Part shown: one piece after another, positions 37,693-46,913 of the stretch
Layout of the letters: each line of letters begins with the position of its first letter
How positions within the stretch are numbered: the first letter of the stretch is position 1
Origin: Candidatus Poribacteria bacterium
GTDB taxonomy: Bacteria > Poribacteria > WGA-4E > WGA-3G
DNA: 64,000 bases
Direction of reading: 5' to 3'
Assembly: GCA_965208735.1 (NCBI GenBank)
Contig: CBDBPM010000002.1
Location: 3,699,687 to 3,763,686 of the forward strand
Notes under the pieces: model-generated
Databases searched by the model: none
What the model saw: the letters and a program-made list of their open reading frames with translations, nothing else
What the model was told of the DNA's origin: nothing
Made by a program: the position numbers and the translations under genes

Positions 37693-40062
37693 AAACCGAT
37701 TGTCCAGACTCAAACTCACATTGAAACCCGGTGCGTTTACACCGGAACCGTGTGGACGATACCGCTGATTGAGCAGGTTTTCAAGGGATAATGTCAAACG
37801 TGTGTAGTCAAAAAGCTTGACACCACCGCGAATGTTCAGTGTAAACCATCCCGGTGTCCCTGCGTCTATAGCGGCACCGTTGGCATCAAATTTAACTTCC
37901 GCTGGATCGCGCGTCGATCCTTGGATTCGTGGGTCGCGGATGTCGCTCCGGTTCAACCGTCTCTGTTCAGCTGCGGCACGCACAAAGAACATCGCCCAAT
38001 ACTGCGTATTCAGCGGTTCCCACTGGATACCAACGATGCCGTTCAACGGAGGTTCTCTTCGGGTGCGTGCTTCCCAAGGCTTCTCAGGATCAGGTGCTTC
38101 ACCACCAATCGTGAGGACTTCCCCACGCAGTAGTGCTACATTACCAAAAACCGATAATGCCGGCTGAATCGGAACAAGTCCGGCTAATTCAACCCCCTGA
38201 AACTGTGCTTCATCGATGTTATCAAATACGAGTACATCAATATCCTCGTACGTTTTGATCAGGTCTTGATGCAGTTGAGGAATCTCTTGGCCCTCGTATG
38301 CCTCTTGAACAGGTTTGCGTCCAACTAAACCGCTAACCCGGCTGTAGAACAGTGTTAAGGCACCACGGAAGTAGGAGTGTTGTGCCTTGAGACCGCCTTC
38401 AACTGTCCATGAGCTTTCAGCATCCAAATCCGGACTCGGTGCCGTGACACCCTCATTGGTGACTTCCACTGCTGTTGTGTCATTTAGGGAAGGCGCACGG
38501 AAGGCTGTGCCAAAACTGCCGACAACGTTCAGATACTCCGTCAAACCAACCACTACCCCGGCACTTCCTGTTAAACTGCTGTCGAATACGTTGAACTCGT
38601 CAAAAGCCGGATCTCGGACGGAAAGGTCTGCATTCGTTTGATAAAACGTAGCACGTCCACCGAGTGTGAGTTCGACACGCTCGTGCACCGTAATTTCATC
38701 TTGAAGATACAGACTCGCATCCCAGAACTGAGAACCGTTAATGAAGCGTCCTTTTTCATTGTCAACATCTTCCGTGCCACCATCAGTTTTAACGGTCTGA
38801 CTCTGGATCGTATCGAAATAGAATTCAGCACCACCGACCAAACGTTGCTTCGGAAGAATTGAACTCACCGCTTGCGCACTCAAACCGATGGTGTTAACCG
38901 TATCATATCGCTGCCGTCGCGCTGTTGCACCACGGACCACCTCGTTGCGTCCCTCTTTTTGGCGATGATAAGAGGCTGTCACTCGGAACGCGTCAATGTT
39001 CGCTTCTACTGGGTTAACTATGTAGTTGGCATAAACGAGGTCGCGATCTTGTGGTTCAAAAAAGAACTCGGCAAACTCTTGCGGTGCGATTTTATCATAC
39101 CGCGGTGTTTGCGGCTGTCGCCACATCTGGTAAGCAATGTTGATATTGCTTGTATCGTTCAGTTGATACCCCAATTTTGCATCGGCGTTAAAGGCTCTCC
39201 AACCTAAGGGACCTTCAGTGTCAATGAGCCATCTGTCGGGAATATTGTCCTTTGATAGTGCACTCACCTCATCATAATCATAGAGTTTCACGCCACTCGG
39301 CATATCGTCCACTATTTCATACTTCCGATTCTTGTAGTGGAGGTCATACCCGCTTCCGGGTGTTATATTGCCGTAGTCTCGCACACCACCCCCAACAATG
39401 AATCCGAGTCGTCCTTGGTTCCCTGATACTTCTAACCGCCCAAGTTTTTCCTGTGTGGCAGTTGAGTAACGAGCAAGGAGTCGTGGATGTATAGCCAAGG
39501 TTTCTTGCGATGGATCAATCAGAACATTTTTGGTAAAGAAACTGACAACACCACCCATCGCACCACTGCCATATAGCATGGAACTTGAACCGAGTAACAC
39601 CTCCGCACGTTCTAACATCTCTGGCGCGATTGTTGCGGTGTATTGATTGGGTCCCGAACGGAATGTTGAATTGTTGAGGCGGACCCAATCAACTTGTATC
39701 AACGTCTGGTAACCCGTTAAGCTTCGGAGCATCGGTGATCCTTGTCCGACTGTTGTTTCCTGAGCGATTACGCCAACGGAATCACGAAGTAGGTTGGACC
39801 CATGTTCTGCGTTGGACCGCTCCATCTGTTTTAAATCGAGAACAGTGATAGCATTAGGCGTTTTGAAAGGCTCTTTCTCAGCGCGTGTAGCGGTCACCGT
39901 TACTTCCTCCACCTCCACAACTTTCTCCGCTTCCACAACTTTTTTGTCAGATTTTTTATCAGTATGTTTTTTCGCGAACGTAGGTGGAATCCAAATTACG
40001 GATAGCCAAATTACAAATAGAATCAAGCTTGTGATAAGAAAAAGATGAAGCGATTTTGGCAT
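37690..40062 (-). CDS. TonB-dependent outer-membrane receptor
   Basis: Signal peptide, plug domain (TVTATRAEKEPFKTPNAITVL), a long beta-barrel with a C-terminal aromatic residue (..NRF), 790 aa. Confidence 0.85.
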   Translation of the reverse strand: MPKSLHLFLITSLILFVIWLSVIWIPPTFAKKHTDKKSDKKVVEAEKVVEVEEVTVTATRAEKEPFKTPNAITVLDLKQMERSNAEHGSNLLRDSVGVIAQETTVGQGSPMLRSLTGYQTLIQVDWVRLNNSTFRSGPNQYTATIAPEMLERAEVLLGSSSMLYGSGAMGGVVSFFTKNVLIDPSQETLAIHPRLLARYSTATQEKLGRLEVSGNQGRLGFIVGGGVRDYGNITPGSGYDLHYKNRKYEIVDDMPSGVKLYDYDEVSALSKDNIPDRWLIDTEGPLGWRAFNADAKLGYQLNDTSNINIAYQMWRQPQTPRYDKIAPQEFAEFFFEPQDRDLVYANYIVNPVEANIDAFRVTASYHRQKEGRNEVVRGATARRQRYDTVNTIGLSAQAVSSILPKQRLVGGAEFYFDTIQSQTVKTDGGTEDVDNEKGRFINGSQFWDASLYLQDEITVHERVELTLGGRATFYQTNADLSVRDPAFDEFNVFDSSLTGSAGVVVGLTEYLNVVGSFGTAFRAPSLNDTTAVEVTNEGVTAPSPDLDAESSWTVEGGLKAQHSYFRGALTLFYSRVSGLVGRKPVQEAYEGQEIPQLHQDLIKTYEDIDVLVFDNIDEAQFQGVELAGLVPIQPALSVFGNVALLRGEVLTIGGEAPDPEKPWEARTRREPPLNGIVGIQWEPLNTQYWAMFFVRAAAEQRRLNRSDIRDPRIQGSTRDPAEVKFDANGAAIDAGTPGWFTLNIRGGVKLFDYTRLTLSLENLLNQRYRPHGSGVNAPGFNVSLSLDNRF

Positions 40063-40359
40063 GACGGTATTCTCCTCTGATTTTTTTATAAGGTGTGTTG
40101 TCCGAACATCCGATACGTCCGCAACCTATGTTTGGCATGTATGCAAATTGTATGCCATCCAAGATTTTACGTGAAATTGACGAATTTTAACCCATTTCCG
40201 CCATAATTTGTGCTATAGTGTTCATTTATTGGACGGTTTTTTATCAGCTATTATACAGCATATCCGCATCTCGCGTCAAAAATTAACGCTTGCATTTTGC
40301 CATAGGTTGTGATAGGTTATATTCAATATAACTCCGTAAATCCAAAAGAGGTTCAACAA

Positions 40360-41388
40360 ATGGTACATTTCAGATTGACTTTCGTTTTAATGGCATTCGC
40401 GATACTGTTTACTGGGATCGCTGTGCCAGAAGATCAAGATACACAAAAGGGCGGCACGATCATAGGGGATATTAAAGACACAACACTTCTTGAAAAATCG
40501 CTTAGTGGGGTTCGGGTTGTATGTGTAAACGCAGACGGTGCGGAATTTGAGACACAGTCTGATAAAGACGGCCATTTTGAACGTGCGGGTTTACCCGCTG
40601 CTCAGTATGTTGTCAATCTCTATAAACCCGGATACGAAGACCGTCTGGGAAAACCCGTTTCAGTTATTGATGATGGACGGCATTATGTCCCACTGACGAT
40701 GAATATATCCAAGAATCCAGACGATAACAGCAACCGAGGCGGTGTCCTTCGGTTCCGGGCTCACAATCGCACTAAACCCGGAGGTCCAATAGAGGGGCTT
40801 GAGATTATAATTACCGGAGCTGTTGGCGTTAATCCGCCAGTAGTGACGGGTATTTCTGGCGTACACGGACAATATCAAAGTAACAAATTGTCTCCGGGTA
40901 CCTACATCGTAACGCTCATCAAAAATGATTATCATGTCGTTTGCCCAATGACTGTTCATCCCGATAAAATCACCGAGACCGGTATATCCCTCTCAATTCC
41001 CGATAAAAACACAGATGCCAATGTTCCACAAGCACAGGAAGCGGAATGGGCAAACGCAAAAAACGTTATCCACGGTAGGATTCATGAGATGATTCCGCTT
41101 CGGCCCGCCTTGAGTGATGTTAAAGTTGTCATTGAGAGCGTAGACAGGATTGTGTTTAGTGACACATCCAACGCCGACGGAGAATATGAGTGTCGTGGCT
41201 TGTCGCCAGGTCGCTATCTCATTAGCCTCCATAAAGAGGGATATATTGAGAAAAAAGGGATGCCTCTAATTGTTACGAACAATGGAAACCATGGCGTATG
41301 GGTTACTGAAGAAGGCATGTTTATCAGTTATGCCGTGGTTGCAGACAAAAGTATCTTTAAACTCACACACGGAATGCGGAAACAATAA
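40360..41388 (+). CDS. Secreted protein with repeated carboxypeptidase-regulatory-like (CarboxypepD_reg) domains
   Basis: Signal peptide, then three repeats of G.I.D......L.GV.V......G......D.DG.F....L.A.YV..L.K.GYED..GKPVSV. Start set at the ATG 40360 after AGAGG. Confidence 0.6.
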   Translation: MVHFRLTFVLMAFAILFTGIAVPEDQDTQKGGTIIGDIKDTTLLEKSLSGVRVVCVNADGAEFETQSDKDGHFERAGLPAAQYVVNLYKPGYEDRLGKPVSVIDDGRHYVPLTMNISKNPDDNSNRGGVLRFRAHNRTKPGGPIEGLEIIITGAVGVNPPVVTGISGVHGQYQSNKLSPGTYIVTLIKNDYHVVCPMTVHPDKITETGISLSIPDKNTDANVPQAQEAEWANAKNVIHGRIHEMIPLRPALSDVKVVIESVDRIVFSDTSNADGEYECRGLSPGRYLISLHKEGYIEKKGMPLIVTNNGNHGVWVTEEGMFISYAVVADKSIFKLTHGMRKQ

Positions 41389-41463
41389 AATCGCTGAGTA
41401 AATGTGCTTTTTAACGTCTTTATTGAAGACGGGTCTGCTGGGGCATTTAAAAAGGAAAGACAG

Positions 41464-42705
41464 ATGACGCATTTTAGGGCAACCCTCATTTTAATTGCGT
41501 GTGTAGTTTTATATCTCGCTGGCGCAACTGCGCAGGAATCAGACACACTGGGTGAAAAAGGCACTGTCCATGGATATATTACAGATACAACCCCGGCACA
41601 GCTTCCTATTGTTGGTGTGCGTGTTCAGATTGACAACGGAAAAGGGCATATTTTTGAAACAACGTCTGCCGAAACTGGTGAATTCGTATACAGAGATATA
41701 CCGGCAGATGATTATCTGATTAATATCCACAAGTCTGGATACCAGAGTCGAAATGGGAAACCCGTGTCGGTCACAAGTGGTGGCGTTCATTATGTTCCCT
41801 TTACAATGAACAAAAAGGAGAGTATATTCACCCGACTCCAAAATTGGTTCAGCCCGAAAGAGACGCAAGGCGGCACGCTTCAATTACAGGTTACAACGCT
41901 ATCTCCGCAATCTGTTCCGATTGAAAACGCTGAAGTTAAAATTTCAAAAATTCGTGGCAAGGGCACCTTCTCAAATAGTATCCAAATCACAGACGCGAGC
42001 GGACAGTGTCGGTACGACAATTTACCATCGGGACTCTACTTCGTTACCGTTCGTAAGGACGGTTATCATACTACAATTTCGATGACTGTTCAAGAAAATC
42101 GGATGACCACTGCCGCTGTAAAATTTCCCATTTCTAATGGGACCGCGGACGCTAACGTTTTACCTTCACAGGAAACAGACACAAAATGGGTGATTCGTGG
42201 TAAAATTTTTGATACCAACTTTCAACGAACCCCGGTAAGTGGTGTCGAAGTCAATATTAGGGGTGGAAACTTGAAATCCCCTAAGAACGCTTTATCCAAT
42301 GCGGATGGCGAATATGAGTTTTCTTTACTTCCAGGACGCTACAGCATTTACCTTTATAAATATAAAGACGGGTATGAGGACGCAATCGGTCTTCCTGAAG
42401 TAACTGCTGCGAGTCGGCAAAACAGTGTCACTGTGATTAAAGAAGGTATGTTCGTTGTTTACGAGGCTGTTGCGAATGGGAATGTGCTTGAACTTAAACA
42501 CGGTATATCGAAAGAACAGAAGAGTTTTTTCGAGAAATATGGGAGAACGATTCTGGGCACGCTTTTCTCTACAATCATGGCTAGTATATTAGGCTGGTCC
42601 TTTCAAGCCTTTACAAGGCACTTAAACAGACATCAACGGTCCTTAAACGAACGTCGACGAAACTTACACAAACGTCAACGTCAACAGTACTTAAACGAAC
42701 GTTGA
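41464..42705 (+). CDS. Secreted CarboxypepD_reg-like repeat protein, paralog of 40360-41388, with a repetitive basic C-terminal tail
   Basis: Same domain pattern (GYITDTT...GVRVQIDNGKG..FET.T...GEF....IPADDYLINIHKSGYQSRNGKPVSV). The C-terminal 40 aa (HLNRHQRSLNERRRNLHKRQRQQYLNER) is encoded by degenerate tandem DNA repeats. Start set at 41464 after AAGGAAAG. Confidence 0.6.
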   Translation: MTHFRATLILIACVVLYLAGATAQESDTLGEKGTVHGYITDTTPAQLPIVGVRVQIDNGKGHIFETTSAETGEFVYRDIPADDYLINIHKSGYQSRNGKPVSVTSGGVHYVPFTMNKKESIFTRLQNWFSPKETQGGTLQLQVTTLSPQSVPIENAEVKISKIRGKGTFSNSIQITDASGQCRYDNLPSGLYFVTVRKDGYHTTISMTVQENRMTTAAVKFPISNGTADANVLPSQETDTKWVIRGKIFDTNFQRTPVSGVEVNIRGGNLKSPKNALSNADGEYEFSLLPGRYSIYLYKYKDGYEDAIGLPEVTAASRQNSVTVIKEGMFVVYEAVANGNVLELKHGISKEQKSFFEKYGRTILGTLFSTIMASILGWSFQAFTRHLNRHQRSLNERRRNLHKRQRQQYLNER

Positions 42706-42728
42706 CGAAAATACAATCAGGAGTCAAT

Positions 42729-43730
42729 ATGTCAAAACAGAAATTAAATTTTGCATTCATCGGATGTGGTGGCAACGCACGCGGACACGGACGTAGTGTC
42801 TCAAGTGTTGAAAACGTAGAGATTGTCGCCCTTGCGGATCCGAGTGCAGGTTCACTCGATGCCTTCAAGGAAACTGTCGGGTTAGACGATTCGCTACCTA
42901 CCTATGCCGACCACGTTGAGATGTTAACCGCTGCCAAACCCGATGCTGTGGTTATTAGTTCACCGCACGGACTCCATTTCCAGCATATCATGGACGCGCT
43001 GGATGCTGGATGCCATGTCCATACCGAAAAACCGATGGTTTGCACGGTGGATCATGCGAAACAGGTAATTGCGAAAGTTGAAGAGACCGGTTTGCACCTG
43101 ATGATTGGCTATCAAAGACATCTAAGCCCGACCTATCAATACTGCCGCAATGTCGTCCAGAGCGGTGAACTCGGACGCGTTAATTTTGTCTCCGCGCATC
43201 AATCACAGAATTGGTATCGCAATCAGCAGGGAAAATGGCGACAAGATCCATTTCTCGGCGGCGGTGGTCAACTCAACGATTCAGGAAGTCACTTAATTGA
43301 CATTCTGCTCTGGGTGTTGGAATCAAGTCCTGATACCGTCTTCGCCATGATAGACAACTTAGATATTGAAGTTGATGTACTCACGGCGATGTCAATCAAA
43401 TTTGATACCGGTGCCTTGTGCAATATCAGCATTGTCGGACACGCTTACGGTGGGGTGCGAGAAGCATTTTCTATCTGGTTGGAGGAAGGCGCGTTACATC
43501 TTCGTGAAGGCGAACTCCTTCGTCAGGAACAAGATGGTAAACCGCAACCCGTTGACGAATCTGAGATGCCGGCATCAGGGAATAAGGATGTTGCTTTCAT
43601 TGAGATTATCCGTGGTGAACGGACAGAGAACCCGATTGGTGTTGAAAACGGGTTGCGTGTTATCCAATTAACCGAAGCCGCATGGCAATCCGCCGAACTC
43701 GGTAGACCCGTCAAGGTGGATCTGAGTTGA
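42729..43730 (+). CDS. Gfo/Idh/MocA family oxidoreductase
   Basis: NAD(P)-binding Rossmann N-terminus (FAFIGCGGNARGH) and the HTEKP motif. Start at the ATG after AGGAG. Confidence 0.8.
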   Translation: MSKQKLNFAFIGCGGNARGHGRSVSSVENVEIVALADPSAGSLDAFKETVGLDDSLPTYADHVEMLTAAKPDAVVISSPHGLHFQHIMDALDAGCHVHTEKPMVCTVDHAKQVIAKVEETGLHLMIGYQRHLSPTYQYCRNVVQSGELGRVNFVSAHQSQNWYRNQQGKWRQDPFLGGGGQLNDSGSHLIDILLWVLESSPDTVFAMIDNLDIEVDVLTAMSIKFDTGALCNISIVGHAYGGVREAFSIWLEEGALHLREGELLRQEQDGKPQPVDESEMPASGNKDVAFIEIIRGERTENPIGVENGLRVIQLTEAAWQSAELGRPVKVDLS

Positions 43731-43734
43731 GCTA

Positions 43735-44484
43735 ATGCTTAATGTCCAAAACCTGTGCAAATCTTTTGGAAAAAAGCCGTTTCTTACAGAACTCACGTTC
43801 CAGGTAGCAGCCGGTGAGTGCCTCGTTCTGCTTGGCAGAAATGGTGCAGGTAAAACGCTCCTGCTCAACATCTTGGCGACTTTAGTCAAACCGACCTCCG
43901 GGACCGTCTCTATTAACGGCGTTGATGCATTCGCAAACCTGAAACAGGTGCGTCCATCTATCGGGTATATCCCAGTCGGGTTTGAGGGGTACCCTGAGTT
44001 ATCTGTCGCGGATTATCTCAATTTTTTCGCCGCTGCTTACAAATTGGAGAAGCGCGAACGTGCCTCAGCAATTGATACTGTGCTTGAATTAATGGACATC
44101 CAACACCTGCACAACGCTAAAATTGGTGACCTGTCAACAGGAGAAAGGCAGCGACTCTTATTCGCTAAAACTTTTCTGCATGAGCCGCAGCTGTGGCTGC
44201 TTGATGAACCGCTTACGCCTCTTGATCCGAGTGGACAGGTCGAGATGGTGGAGCTCCTTAGAGAACTCCAAGCAATGGGCAAGACAATCATACTTGCTAC
44301 CAATCGCCTCGAAGATGTCTCTAAGGTGTACAGTACTGATTCGCAGCGCGAAAACTTCATCGGAATACTGGACAGCGGTAAGTTTGCTGTTTTCAAAAGG
44401 TTTAGCGAGTTACAGGGAGAGGTTACGGAAACCGACGGTGCAGACAGTCTCTCGCCAGATTGGTTTAATGAACTTTTAGCGTAG
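43735..44484 (+). CDS. ABC transporter ATP-binding protein (no cognate permease nearby)
   Basis: Walker A GRNGAGKT, signature LSTGERQR, Walker B LLDEP. Confidence 0.8.
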   Translation: MLNVQNLCKSFGKKPFLTELTFQVAAGECLVLLGRNGAGKTLLLNILATLVKPTSGTVSINGVDAFANLKQVRPSIGYIPVGFEGYPELSVADYLNFFAAAYKLEKRERASAIDTVLELMDIQHLHNAKIGDLSTGERQRLLFAKTFLHEPQLWLLDEPLTPLDPSGQVEMVELLRELQAMGKTIILATNRLEDVSKVYSTDSQRENFIGILDSGKFAVFKRFSELQGEVTETDGADSLSPDWFNELLA

Positions 44485-44534
44485 CTTGCAAGCTAAAACT
44501 TGCTCTACAAAAGTGTGGAGGTTACAAAAACATA

Positions 44535-45308
44535 ATGTCAGATATAGGAAAATTCTTTCAAGAAAACGGATACTATTTCGCTAAGGGGGTCTATTCACCC
44601 GAAGAGATCAAAGCGATGGAAGGCGACTTTGATCGCGTGGTGGATCAGCTCCTTAAAAGCGATGAAAATGTCAACGCACGCTGGGGTGGCAGATTAATGG
44701 ATGCCCTTGACGGCGGCGAATCCGTTATTATCCATACGCACAATATCCAGAGTTTTTCTGGGGTCTGGATGCAGGCATTCGTGCAGGAGAAGTTTCTGGA
44801 TACCACCGAAGCCATCATCGGACCGGATATTATGCTTCACCATTCCAAACTTTTCTGTAAACCGCCAGAGAAAGGTGCACCTTTCCCAATGCACCAAGAT
44901 TGGCAATACTTCCCCTCTGTCAAAGACAGCATGATAGCTGCTATCATTTATGTATCAGAAGCCACCGATGAGATGGGGTGTGTTCGGGTCTACCCTGGTT
45001 CCCACAAGCAGCTCGGACGCACTGACGGTATGATGGGAAGTGGCGCGAATGTTGAAATTACGGAAAAATATCCGATTGAGGACGCGACTGTTTTGGAAGC
45101 GGAACCCGGAGATGTGCTTTTCTTTAGTTACTTCACCCTACACGGCTCGATGCCGAACCATTCCAACAAGACGCGGAAAAGCGTTCTCGTTCAAATGCAT
45201 GCCGGAGACGATGAGATTGAATCCGAAAATCGCCACACCAACGTCCAATTGGTACTGCGTGGCTGGAACCATCTCGCAACCCGTTCTTCTGTGGGTGGGA
45301 TTAAATAA
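44535..45308 (+). CDS. Phytanoyl-CoA dioxygenase (PhyH)-family Fe(II)/2-oxoglutarate oxygenase
   Basis: HxD...H facial triad candidates (PMHQDWQYF ... TLHGSMPNHS) and PhyH-like overall length and pattern. Confidence 0.65.
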   Translation: MSDIGKFFQENGYYFAKGVYSPEEIKAMEGDFDRVVDQLLKSDENVNARWGGRLMDALDGGESVIIHTHNIQSFSGVWMQAFVQEKFLDTTEAIIGPDIMLHHSKLFCKPPEKGAPFPMHQDWQYFPSVKDSMIAAIIYVSEATDEMGCVRVYPGSHKQLGRTDGMMGSGANVEITEKYPIEDATVLEAEPGDVLFFSYFTLHGSMPNHSNKTRKSVLVQMHAGDDEIESENRHTNVQLVLRGWNHLATRSSVGGIK

Positions 45309-45393
45309 ATCAAGGAGCATTTTGGGCTACTTGGTTATTGGGTGGGTCTAACTGTTTTTAAGGCTTTAACCGTTGAAGCGTCTTCCACATTTT

Positions 45394-45693
45394 TTAAGGA
45401 ATCCCGGGTTGATAGTTAAGCAAAATCAAGGGGCTGCGTAAGTCCTATTAGAAAAATGAACATAGCCCGTAATGAAATGGAGGAGCGGATCTACGGACTC
45501 TCGCTGCGAGGCAAACTTCAAATTCCAAACCCGCTCTGACCGAACCGCTTTTAAGGAACCCTGGGTTGATAGTTAAGCAAATCACTGGGTTGCGTAAGTC
45601 CTATTAGAAAAACGAAACGTAGCCCGTAATGAAATGGAGGGCGGCACTACGGAATAGCACTTCAAATTCCTAACCCGCTCTGACCGAACCGCA
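45394..45693. repeat. Tandem duplication of an about 150 bp intergenic element that ends in an SD-bearing leader (GACCGAACCGCAAGGAAAATTAAAA-ATG)
   Basis: Unit 1 is 45394-45548 and unit 2 is 45551-45693, with about 85% identity. Both contain TGCGTAAGTCCTATTAGAAAAA and TAGCCCGTAATGAAATGGAGG. Single diverged copies lie at 12085-12173 and about 52750-52840. Confidence 0.7.
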
Positions 45694-45708
45694 AGGAAAA
45701 TTAAAATT

Positions 45709-46704
45709 ATGATTAGAGTTGCAAAAATTAGTATGGCGCATGTCCATGCTGGTGGCTACGCCCGAAAACTTCACGAAAACCCCGAAACCGAACTCGTCGC
45801 TGTTTGGGACGAAGAAGAATACGGCGGAAAAGAGGCTGCGGAGCAATACGAAGTTCCCTTCTACACAGATCTTGATGAAATCCTCAGTCGCGACGATGTA
45901 GACGCTGTCGCTGTTGACGCGATTACGTCTGACCATCCGCGTGTCATGATTGCTGCCGCTGAAGCCGGTAAACACATCTTCACTGAGAAGGCACTTGCGA
46001 TTACCGTCGCTGAGTGCGATCCGATTATTGATGCCGTTGAGAAAGCCGGTGTAAAATTCATGATTTCGCTGCCTTCGCGTGCGAACCCTGAAATCCTGTT
46101 TGCGAAAAAGGCAATCGACGATGGACTGCTGGGGGACATCACATTCGGTAGAGGACGGATTGCACATTCCGCCGCGCTGGATAGCTGGTTCAGCGGCACG
46201 AGCGCATGGTTTGCGGATCCCGAACGCGCAGGCGGTGGGGCACTCTTCGATTTAGGATGCCACCGTGTTGATGTTATTCGATGGTTAATGGGTGAACCTA
46301 AGAGTGCTATCGCCAAAATTAACAACTTTACAGGCAATTTCCCGATTGACGATAACAGCGTCTCGGTTGTTGAATTTGCAAACAAAGCACTCGGCGTGAT
46401 TGATGTCGCGTGGACGCACCGTTCAGGTCCGAACATGCTTGAGATTTACGGCACAGAGGGCTCGTTTGCCGCCGGACACGGCGAAATGCATTTTGAAACC
46501 CGCAAACTCTCTGATGAAGAAAAAGCAGAATACATCGCCAACGCACCGGCTGCACCCCCCGAACCGATGCAACAGTGGATCAACGCTATTCTTCGCGACG
46601 AACCGATGACGATTACGATTCAAGATGGACGGAACCTCACAGAGTTGATGCAGGCAGTCTATATGTCGGCTGAACAGGGACAGTCAATTGATTTTCCGCT
46701 CTAA
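45709..46704 (+). CDS. Gfo/Idh/MocA family oxidoreductase
   Basis: Rossmann N-terminus, HIFTEKA, typical C-terminal alpha/beta domain. The ATG is 8 nt after the AAGGAAA supplied by the repeat. Confidence 0.8.
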   Translation: MIRVAKISMAHVHAGGYARKLHENPETELVAVWDEEEYGGKEAAEQYEVPFYTDLDEILSRDDVDAVAVDAITSDHPRVMIAAAEAGKHIFTEKALAITVAECDPIIDAVEKAGVKFMISLPSRANPEILFAKKAIDDGLLGDITFGRGRIAHSAALDSWFSGTSAWFADPERAGGGALFDLGCHRVDVIRWLMGEPKSAIAKINNFTGNFPIDDNSVSVVEFANKALGVIDVAWTHRSGPNMLEIYGTEGSFAAGHGEMHFETRKLSDEEKAEYIANAPAAPPEPMQQWINAILRDEPMTITIQDGRNLTELMQAVYMSAEQGQSIDFPL

Positions 46705-46766
46705 GTCGCTATGCTAAACTCACGTTATAGTAAAGTCTATAATTACTTGGACACTGCTGTAGTACA

Positions 46767-46913
46767 GGCGGTAGGTTCGGTTTCCTAACCGTACCATAGG
46801 TGTCAATTTTAGAAAAAATAACCGTCTTGGGACCAGTCCCGGTAGGTTCGGTTTCCTAACCGAACCGGATTCTACGCGGAAACCTTGAAGACTTCAAAGA
46901 CCTCTTGAGTCCC
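46767..46913. repeat. Copy of the GGTAGGTTCGGTTTCCTAACCG hairpin repeat family (left arm of the 28.7 kb element)
   Basis: GGCGGTAGGTTCGGTTTCCTAACCGTACCATAGGTGTCAATTTTAGAAAAAATAACCGTC...CCGGTAGGTTCGGTTTCCTAACCGAACCGG...GAGTCCCGTAGG aligns with 28735-28885. A degenerate inverted partner (ACCTACGG) lies at about 47172. Confidence 0.65.
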
